From IMG/VR virus record IMGVR_UViG_3300045988_036782, positions 1 to 5,698 of that record: 5,698 bases of DNA, one strand, 5' to 3'. Under the pieces are notes generated by a model that saw nothing but the letters and a program-made list of their open reading frames with translations, was not told where the DNA came from and did no database searches. Made by a program: the position numbers and the translations under genes. The first letter of the stretch is position 1. Each line of letters begins with the position of its first letter. Source of the stretch: a virus. Positions 1 to 4,848 of this stretch are shown here, one piece after another.

Positions 1-55
1 CAGCTGGCAGAGGCCGTCAGAAGCAGCAGCGCTCAGACCTCGACCACCAGAGAAA
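1..55. repeat. Terminal redundancy (left copy), identical to 5644-5698; signature of a circular molecule assembled with overlap
   Basis: Base-by-base comparison: cagctggcagaggccgtcagaagcagcagcgctcagacctcgaccaccagagaaa occurs at both 1-55 and 5644-5698. Confidence 0.97.
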
Positions 56-132
56 GCACCGACAGCAAACAGGTCAACGTAAGCGGTGAACTGTCCGGGG
101 AATGGACGAACAAAAAAGACCGCAGAAGATAG
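1..132 (+). CDS. C-terminal end of VP2 (DNA pilot/minor capsid protein), continuing from 4849-5643 on the circle; stop TAG at 130-132
   Basis: Frame 1 is open from base 1 (QLAEAVRSSSAQTSTTRESTDSKQVNVSGELSGEWTNKKDRRR*). Base 1 equals 5644, which is a codon start in the VP2 frame, so the ORF closes to 308 aa. Confidence 0.85.
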   Translation, partial: QLAEAVRSSSAQTSTTRESTDSKQVNVSGELSGEWTNKKDRRR

Positions 133-161
133 TTGACAAACACAGAAAAGAGGTGTATATT
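133..161 (+). promoter_or_regulatory. Sigma70-type promoter P1: TTGACA (133-138), 17-nt spacer, TATATT (156-161)
   Basis: Perfect -35 hexamer, optimal 17-nt spacer and a 5/6 match in the -10 hexamer. It starts directly after the VP2 stop and lies about 40 nt upstream of the RHH gene and its AGGAGG ribosome-binding site (RBS). Confidence 0.7.
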
Positions 162-171
162 ATGAGTGTAC
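152..171 (+). promoter_or_regulatory. Two direct GTGTA boxes (153-157, 166-170) 13 nt apart, overlapping and following the P1 -10; candidate operator
   Basis: The two sites read GGTGTAT and AGTGTAC. The same box sits at the same offset from the -10 hexamer in P2. Confidence 0.45.
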
Positions 172-202
172 TAATCACACACTTGGCTACAGGAGGATAA
201 CC

Positions 203-415
203 ATGAGAAGTCAAATCACAAAACGATTCAATATCAACCTGACGGAGAAAGAACAGGCAGCACTGGAAAACCTGAAAAAAGAATATGCAAACCGAAACTG
301 GAAAGCAAACACTTCAGACATCATCCGAGACGCTATCGTATACTACAGCGAAAAGATGACGGACTATAAAATTGCAGCAGAGGCAATCAGCGAAGAGGAA
401 GACTTGCCCTTCTAA
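203..415 (+). CDS. Ribbon-helix-helix (CopG/Arc/MetJ-type) DNA-binding protein, 70 aa
   Basis: AGGAGG at 191-196, 6 nt before the ATG. The N-terminus KRFNINLTEKEQAALENLKKEYA...TSDIIRDAIVYY fits the RHH pattern: a basic residue plus an alternating beta-strand, helix 1, a loop, then helix 2. The C-terminal tail is acidic. Confidence 0.72.
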   Translation: MRSQITKRFNINLTEKEQAALENLKKEYANRNWKANTSDIIRDAIVYYSEKMTDYKIAAEAISEEEDLPF

Positions 416-420
416 GAGAC

Positions 421-448
421 GATTTTGCCGGGGAGACCCGGCCAAATC
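421..448 (+). repeat. Hairpin: GATTTTGCCGGG / GAGA loop / CCCGGCCAAATC (12-bp stem, one T-C mismatch)
   Basis: Read directly from the sequence. It starts 6 nt after the RHH stop. No adjacent T-tract, so it is not a canonical intrinsic terminator. Confidence 0.6.
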
Positions 449-495
449 TGCAACATTTATCCATAGGTTTTTTTGAGAAAATGCTAAATTTTGTG

Positions 496-540
496 TCAGT
501 GGGCCCCTATAACATCAAGAGGGTTATAGGGGCCCACTGA
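496..540 (+). repeat. Perfect 18-bp inverted repeat with a 9-nt loop (TCAGTGGGCCCCTATAAC / atcaagagg / GTTATAGGGGCCCACTGA)
   Basis: The arms 496-513 and 523-540 are exact reverse complements. It ends 21 nt upstream of the rep ATG and overlaps the start of the GAGGAAAGG Shine-Dalgarno (SD)-like tract. Confidence 0.9.
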
Positions 541-561
541 GGAAAGGCGCAGCGAAACTAT

Positions 562-1671
562 ATGTCATGTACGAGACCGCTCGTCAGGATACCGACAAGC
601 GACGGTGATTTCCGCGTAGTGAGCCTAAAAGGATACTTAAGCCACAGCGGAAAAAACCTCGAATTTATCGCAGACAAAGAGCGTCAAGATCTGAACGAGA
701 AAAAAATCAAAGAGCTGCTGAAAGCTCAAGAAGCGCAGTTGCTACCATGCGGACAATGCCCGGGATGCAAAATGGCAGCAGCATCCAGCTGGGCAAACCG
801 AATGGAGCTAGAGCTACCATACCATCAAAATGCGTGGTTCATTACATTTACATACGATGATGACAATATACCATACCGAATGACCTGGGACGAAGGCACA
901 GGCGAAATACTGGTAGAAAATTACAGTCTGCGGTATGAAGATATGCAAAAGTTCTGGAAACGTCTCAGAAGATACTTGGAATATCACAAGATAAACAACG
1001 GAAAACTGATGTACTTCCAGTGTGGTGAATATGGTGGAAAAACACACAGACCGCATTATCATGCGATCGTGTACGACATACCATTCACCAAAGAAGACCT
1101 AAAGGTCTACAAAAAGAAAAACGGCGCTGTATACTACAACGTCGATTGGTTCACAGAATTATGGGGCATGGGCCATGTGGTCATCGCAGCAGCAGAGTGG
1201 AAAGCAATGGCATACACAGCAAGATACACCACAAAAAAGGTATACGGAAAGGAAGGCAAAGAATTTTACAAAGAGCTGGGAATACTACCTGAAAAGTGTA
1301 ACATGAGCACAAGACCAGCAATCGGAGCAAAATATTTTGAAGAACATAGCGAAGAAATCTATGCAAAAGACAAAATCCAGCTGAAGAACGGAAAAGTTTG
1401 CAAACCTCCAAGATACTTTGATAAACTATACGATGCACAGTGTCTTAGAAAACCACTCTCAGACAAAGAGGTAGAAGACATTGAGCTAGTAATAGAAAAA
1501 GCCGAGTCCGATGAGCTCAAAGCAATAAAGAGAAAACGTCGCAAGTTAGCAAACGACGCACTCTTCGCCAAGCTCAAACAGAACAACGGCTTAACCATGC
1601 AAGAATATTATAACAAAGAGGAACAGAAAATACAAGACAGGTTCAAAAAACTCATCCGGGAAGAAATCTAA
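562..1671 (+). CDS. Replication initiator protein VP4 (HUH rolling-circle endonuclease, phiX174 gpA-like), 369 aa
   Basis: Motif 1 FITFTY (838-855). HUH motif PHYHAIVY (HYH at 1054-1062). Catalytic Tyr motif YTARYTTKK (1213-1239). Gokushovirus-typical N-terminus MSCTRP and Cys cluster LPCGQCPGCK. Confidence 0.92.
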   Translation: MSCTRPLVRIPTSDGDFRVVSLKGYLSHSGKNLEFIADKERQDLNEKKIKELLKAQEAQLLPCGQCPGCKMAAASSWANRMELELPYHQNAWFITFTYDDDNIPYRMTWDEGTGEILVENYSLRYEDMQKFWKRLRRYLEYHKINNGKLMYFQCGEYGGKTHRPHYHAIVYDIPFTKEDLKVYKKKNGAVYYNVDWFTELWGMGHVVIAAAEWKAMAYTARYTTKKVYGKEGKEFYKELGILPEKCNMSTRPAIGAKYFEEHSEEIYAKDKIQLKNGKVCKPPRYFDKLYDAQCLRKPLSDKEVEDIELVIEKAESDELKAIKRKRRKLANDALFAKLKQNNGLTMQEYYNKEEQKIQDRFKKLIREEI

Positions 1672-1695
1672 GGAACGGCTAAATAAGGAAATGCA

Positions 1696-1730
1696 GACGG
1701 CGTGACATCGAAAGGCTGCGCCGTCCTTTT
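1696..1730 (+). terminator. Possible intrinsic terminator after rep: GACGGCG (1696-1702) / CGCCGTC (1719-1725), then CTTTT
   Basis: 7-bp GC-rich stem, a 16-nt loop and a short T-tract (1727-1730), 25 nt after the rep stop. Weak by canonical criteria. Confidence 0.4.
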
Positions 1731-1733
1731 CAT

Positions 1734-1750
1734 TCGGCGCACCGCGCCGA
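1734..1750 (+). repeat. Small GC hairpin TCGGCGC / acc / GCGCCGA
   Basis: 7-bp perfect stem with a 3-nt loop. Part of a GC-rich structured island (1696-1760) inside an AT-rich region. Confidence 0.6.
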
Positions 1751-1777
1751 CCGGACGGCCTCAAACTCAAAAAGTGC

Positions 1778-1806
1778 TTGACAAGTGTATGTTTTAAGTG
1801 TATAAT
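1778..1806 (+). promoter_or_regulatory. Sigma70 consensus promoter P2: TTGACA (1778-1783), 17-nt spacer, TATAAT (1801-1806)
   Basis: 12/12 match to the consensus hexamers with the optimal spacer. It lies 28 nt upstream of the ATG at 1834. Confidence 0.82.
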
Positions 1807-1816
1807 AAAGGTGTAG
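1784..1816 (+). promoter_or_regulatory. Three direct GTGTA boxes at 1785, 1798 and 1811 (13-nt register) spanning the spacer, -10 and +1 region of P2; candidate operator
   Basis: The sites read AGTGTAT, AGTGTAT and GGTGTAG. A degenerate fourth copy (GGTGC) sits near 1824. Confidence 0.5.
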
Positions 1817-1833
1817 AAAGGACGGTGCTTAAA

Positions 1834-2016
1834 ATGACCGACATTGAAAAAATCAAAAAGAGCATCCAGAACCAGATAGAACAACAGGAAAGAAACTACT
1901 ACAAAGACCTTAAGAGCAAAGCAAAGCACACAGACGGAACGGAGATGTACAAAGTAGACAACCACAAAATCGAAGCGCTGGAAACAGCACTGAGAATAAT
2001 CGAAATGTATGAATAA
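1834..2016 (+). CDS. Hypothetical 60-aa protein, probably helical, no family recognised
   Basis: ATG at 1834 preceded by AAAGGA (1817-1822). It has its own consensus promoter and a downstream terminator. The track start at 1798 is a GTG inside the promoter -10 region, upstream of the expected transcription start. Confidence 0.6.
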   Translation: MTDIEKIKKSIQNQIEQQERNYYKDLKSKAKHTDGTEMYKVDNHKIEALETALRIIEMYE

Positions 2017-2023
2017 ACCAAAA

Positions 2024-2066
2024 AACGTGAGGTTGACGAAATTCAGCCTTGCGTTTTTTTTTTTTT
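2024..2066 (+). terminator. Rho-independent terminator: extended stem 2024-2036 / 2043-2055 (includes G-U wobbles), then a T13 run (2054-2066)
   Basis: AACGTGAGGTTGA / cgaaat / TCAGCCTTGCGTT followed by 13 consecutive T. It starts 8 nt after the 60-aa ORF stop. Confidence 0.75.
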
Positions 2067-2112
2067 GGTAAAATTGACATAGAGAGCCAGCACCACAAAA
2101 CGAAAGGAGAAA

Positions 2113-2130
2113 AGCACTGCCTCCAGTGCT
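2113..2130 (+). repeat. Hairpin AGCACTG / cctc / CAGTGCT in the leader of the late gene block
   Basis: 7-bp perfect stem with a 4-nt loop, read directly. Confidence 0.6.
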
Positions 2131-2185
2131 GGCGATCTGTGCTTCAAACCATTTACACAAATCTGAAAAGAAAGGAGGTGCTGCC

Positions 2186-2290
2186 ATGATCACTATCAAA
2201 GACGTAAAGGGTATCTTTAATCAACTGCGCAAGATTTTGGCCATGCTGGATAAAATTTACCACACACTCAACCTAAATAAGGAGGAATAA
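2186..2290 (+). CDS. Hypothetical 34-aa protein (MITIKDVKGIFNQLRKILAMLDKIYHTLNLNKEE)
   Basis: Strong RBS AAAGGAGGTG (2171-2180), 5 nt before the ATG. The stop TAA (2288-2290) is 1 nt before the next ATG, suggesting translational coupling. Below the track length cutoff. Confidence 0.5.
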   Translation: MITIKDVKGIFNQLRKILAMLDKIYHTLNLNKEE

Positions 2291-2291
2291 T

Positions 2292-2411
2292 ATGGCACAT
2301 CGTATGCCGGTCAACCCGAAAAAGGACAAGCGAGTGTTTACCAACACCGCGAAGAAAACCAAGAAGATCAACGTCAATCCGAAGCCGTCGAGGGGCGGGA
2401 TCCGACTGTAA
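2292..2411 (+). CDS. Small basic DNA-binding/packaging protein, J/VP8 (ORF8)-like, 39 aa
   Basis: MAHRMPVNPKKDKRVFTNTAKKTKKINVNPKPSRGGIRL has 12 K/R in 39 residues. The C-terminal RGGIRL resembles the RGG-basic tail of gokushovirus ORF8 peptides such as SpV4 ORF8. RBS AAGGAGGA at 2279-2286. Confidence 0.7.
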   Translation: MAHRMPVNPKKDKRVFTNTAKKTKKINVNPKPSRGGIRL

Positions 2412-2423
2412 AGGAGAAACAAT

Positions 2424-2507
2424 ATGGTAGACATCCTGCAGAGCACAGCAATCGTGCTCATCGCCGCATACATCATCATGAACGAGATCAGAAATTGGAG
2501 GAAGTAA
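2424..2507 (+). CDS. 27-aa single-pass transmembrane peptide (MVDILQSTAIVLIAAYIIMNEIRNWRK)
   Basis: RBS AAGGAGA (2411-2417), 6 nt before the ATG. A hydrophobic core is followed by a basic tail. The stop TAA (2505-2507) is 1 nt before the next ATG. Confidence 0.5.
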   Translation: MVDILQSTAIVLIAAYIIMNEIRNWRK

Positions 2508-2508
2508 G

Positions 2509-2772
2509 ATGGAATATCAGGTTTACGCAATCAAGGATGAACTGGCAGGAACCTTCGGCAATCTCATGGTAGTCAACGAGAAGGTGGCCGATCGGACGAT
2601 GAAGTGGATGGCCCAGGAGATGGAGAAGGCCGACTGCGAGGATAAACGAGTCTATCTGCTGGGCAGCTACGACAACGAAACCGGACTGATCAGACCGGAG
2701 CAGATGCCGCATCTGAGCTACAATCTCGAGCTGATGAAAAAGGAGCAGACGAATGGGAGTCAGAATCTTTAA
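2509..2772 (+). CDS. VP5-like conserved gokushovirus non-structural protein, 87 aa
   Basis: RBS GGAGG (2496-2500). The N-terminus YAIKDELAGTFGNLMVV and the later YLLGSYDNETGLI match the pattern I recall for this small gokushovirus family (x-Y/F-x-I-x-D-x-K-A ... L-x-x-G-x-F/Y-D-x-x-T-G). It occupies the syntenic position before VP3. Confidence 0.6.
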   Translation: MEYQVYAIKDELAGTFGNLMVVNEKVADRTMKWMAQEMEKADCEDKRVYLLGSYDNETGLIRPEQMPHLSYNLELMKKEQTNGSQNL

Positions 2773-3250
2773 ACCCTACGAGGACGAAAAACCTGTTGCG
2801 CTGCCGAACGAACCGGGAAACCGGTATGAACCGGAGTACAAAGAGCGCTATGATGACCGCGGCCAACCGTACCTTGAAAAGGTCGGTGAGGTGGACACCT
2901 ACGAAAAAATCCAGAGTTACAAAGACGAATGCGACGTTATGGCAATCCTGAGCCGGTACGCTGCCGGAGACGAGAGCGTTTTGGCAAAACCGGGCTGGTA
3001 CATCGATACGAGCCGTCTGCCGCAGACCTATACCGAGTATATGAACCTGATGAACGAGAGGCGGGAAGAGTTTAACCAGCTGCCACTGAGCATCCGTCAG
3101 GCATTCGGCATGAACTTCGAAAACTGGATAGCAACAGCCGGTGAGCAGGAATGGCTGGATAAGATGGGCATCAAAATTCAGCAGAATGAACAAAAGAAGG
3201 ACGATGCTGCCATTGAGACTGTTCTGCAGAAAGGAGAAAATAAGGAATGA
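2753..3250 (+). CDS. Internal scaffolding protein VP3 (Chlamy_scaf-like), 165 aa
   Basis: RBS GGAG (2742-2745). Size, position immediately upstream of VP1, and motifs (DTYEKIQSYKDECDVMAILSRYAAGDESVL; acidic/charged C-terminus) are typical of gokushovirus VP3. Overlaps the upstream ORF by 20 nt and VP1 by ATGA. Confidence 0.8.
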   Translation: MGVRIFKPYEDEKPVALPNEPGNRYEPEYKERYDDRGQPYLEKVGEVDTYEKIQSYKDECDVMAILSRYAAGDESVLAKPGWYIDTSRLPQTYTEYMNLMNERREEFNQLPLSIRQAFGMNFENWIATAGEQEWLDKMGIKIQQNEQKKDDAAIETVLQKGENKE

Positions 3251-4836
3251 ACCGCAACGCTGAACAGCACTATTCTCAGGTGCCTCATGCAAACGTACCG
3301 CGAGCAAGGTTCAAAAGGGACTTTTCGCTCCTGACCACGATGAACGAAGGCGATCTCGTACCGATCTACTGTGATGAGGTGTTGCCGGCTGATACGGCAA
3401 AGATCGACCTGAATGCGCTGATGCGCATGAGTACGCCGCTGTATCCTGTTATGGATAACTGTTACTGTGATTTCTACTTCTTCTTCATTCCCGCACGTCT
3501 GCTCTGGGAGCACTTCGAAAACCTGATGGGCCAGAACGACTCTACCTTCTGGGCAGAGACCACGGAGTACACGACTCCGAAGACAACTGCACCAGAAGGC
3601 GGGTGGAACGTGGGAACGCTGGCAGATTACTTCGGCATACCGACCGGAGTAGCAAACCTTCAGGTGAACTCACTGCCGTTCCGCGCCTATGCCAAAGTGT
3701 GGAACGAATGGTTTAGAGACGAAAACCTGCAGCAGCCTGTCACGATGAGCAAGACGGACGCAACGACCACAGGCAGCAATACCGGCACGAAACTCACAGA
3801 CGCCGAAGCGGGCGGGCTGCCGCTCAAAGTGTGCAAGTACAAGGATTACTTCACGAGCTGCCTGCCGAGCCCGCAAAAGGGCGAAGCTGTAAAGTTGCCG
3901 ATGAGCGGAAACGCACCGGTGCTGGCATACCCCAAAGCAAACCGCGAAACTCCCGAAAATGGAAAATATCCTCAGGGTGGAATCAGCAGCTTGGAAAGCT
4001 ACCCGGCACTGATGGGTGTAGTAGGAACAACACCGACAGGAACGGCATACCTCGGCGCGAGACTCGACAAGATAACCGCAGCAACCATCAACGAGCTCAG
4101 ACAGGCCATCGCAGTGCAGCACATCTTGGAGCGTGACGCACGAACCGGAAGCCGGTACAAAGAATACCTTCAGGGAGCGTGGGGCGTGACGAGTCCTGAT
4201 GCACGTCTCGACCGATCAGAATACATCGGCGGCTACAGACTACCGATCAACATCAATCAGGTCATCCAGACCTCGGCGACCGACACGACGAGCCCGCAGG
4301 GCAACACGGCAGCGTTCAGCATGACGACCATGTCCCGGAACATGGCTACCTACTCGGCAACCGAACACGGCTTTATCCTCGGTCTGGCAGCAGTACGAGT
4401 TGATCACAGCTATCAGCAGGGCCTGTCTCGTATGTGGACGCGAAGCACTCGCTTTTCGTACTACGACCCGATGCTAGCAAACCTGGGGGAACAGGCGATT
4501 CTTAATCAGGAGATCTATGCACAAGGCACCGCACAGGACGAAGAAGTCTTTGGCTATCAGGAAGCCTGGGCCGATTACAGATACCGCACCAACATGATCA
4601 CCGGAGAAATGCGCAGCACCTACTCTAAGACTCTGGAGGCATGGCACTACGCGGACAAATACACAGAGCTGCCGAAGCTCTCCAGCGACTGGATCAAAGA
4701 AGGTACCGAAAACATCGACCGCACGATTGCAGTGCAGAGCGAAAACAGCCGTCAGTTTATCTGCAACTTTTATTTCGACCAGACATGGACGCGGGCAATG
4801 CCGATCTACAGCCTGCCGGGCCTTAATACGATCTAA
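3247..4836 (+). CDS. Major capsid protein VP1 (Microviridae F protein family), 529 aa
   Basis: Hallmark N-terminus (PRARFKRDFSLLTTMNEGDLVPIYCDEVLPADT), TINELRQAIAVQHILERDARTGSRYKEYLQGAWGV, and C-terminus FDQTWTRAMPIYSLPG. Start overlaps the VP3 stop (ATGA at 3247-3250). Confidence 0.96.
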   Translation: MNRNAEQHYSQVPHANVPRARFKRDFSLLTTMNEGDLVPIYCDEVLPADTAKIDLNALMRMSTPLYPVMDNCYCDFYFFFIPARLLWEHFENLMGQNDSTFWAETTEYTTPKTTAPEGGWNVGTLADYFGIPTGVANLQVNSLPFRAYAKVWNEWFRDENLQQPVTMSKTDATTTGSNTGTKLTDAEAGGLPLKVCKYKDYFTSCLPSPQKGEAVKLPMSGNAPVLAYPKANRETPENGKYPQGGISSLESYPALMGVVGTTPTGTAYLGARLDKITAATINELRQAIAVQHILERDARTGSRYKEYLQGAWGVTSPDARLDRSEYIGGYRLPININQVIQTSATDTTSPQGNTAAFSMTTMSRNMATYSATEHGFILGLAAVRVDHSYQQGLSRMWTRSTRFSYYDPMLANLGEQAILNQEIYAQGTAQDEEVFGYQEAWADYRYRTNMITGEMRSTYSKTLEAWHYADKYTELPKLSSDWIKEGTENIDRTIAVQSENSRQFICNFYFDQTWTRAMPIYSLPGLNTI

Positions 4837-4848
4837 GGGGGTGCAGCA

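Noticed and set aside
154-164. TGTATATTATG matches the central region plus the start of the XerD arm of E. coli dif (TGTATA TTATG). This raised the possibility of a XerCD-mediated integration site, as reported for some gokushovirus prophages.
   Set aside because: The flanks do not fit. The 11 nt upstream (CAGAAAAGAGG) do not resemble an XerC arm, and the XerD arm diverges after TTATG (AGTGTA versus TTAAAT). The match is explained by the -10 element of P1. A scan with a dif model from the true host would settle it.
508-522. The complement of the hairpin loop reads CCTCTTGATGTTATA and contains CTTGAT, the hexamer spanning the gpA nick site in the phiX174 origin (CAACTTG/ATATTAATAAC)
   Set aside because: The motif is on the strand complementary to the coding (packaged) strand, whereas Rep must nick the viral strand. 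A 6-mer is expected about once per strand by chance, and another CTTGAT occurs at 4860-4865. It is not evidence for an origin by itself.
1798-1833. Track start (GTG at 1798) for the 72-aa version of the 60-aa ORF
   Set aside because: The GTG lies in the GTGTATAAT of promoter P2, upstream of the expected transcription start (about 1813). The ATG at 1834, preceded by an AAAGGA RBS, is the supportable start.
1591-2199. 202-aa minus-strand ORF spanning the rep end, the P2 promoter, the 60-aa ORF and the terminator
   Set aside because: It starts with TTG and has no RBS. It runs antisense through a consensus promoter, a well-formed terminator (its KKKK comes from the T13 run) and coding sequence. 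Microviridae genes are all on the packaged-sense strand. Its length is explained by the purine-rich + strand, which leaves few stops in the antisense frames.
2690-3307. 205-aa minus-strand ORF antisense to VP3/VP1, plus the other minus-strand track ORFs (814-1062, 1181-1438, 1359-1598, 1910-2098, 2273-2530, 2488-2712, 3178-3513, 3670-4122, 5037-5276, 5074-5295, 5401-5592)
   Set aside because: All lie antisense to strongly supported genes, lack SD sequences, and have low-complexity or Cys/Leu/Phe-rich translations typical of shadow ORFs.
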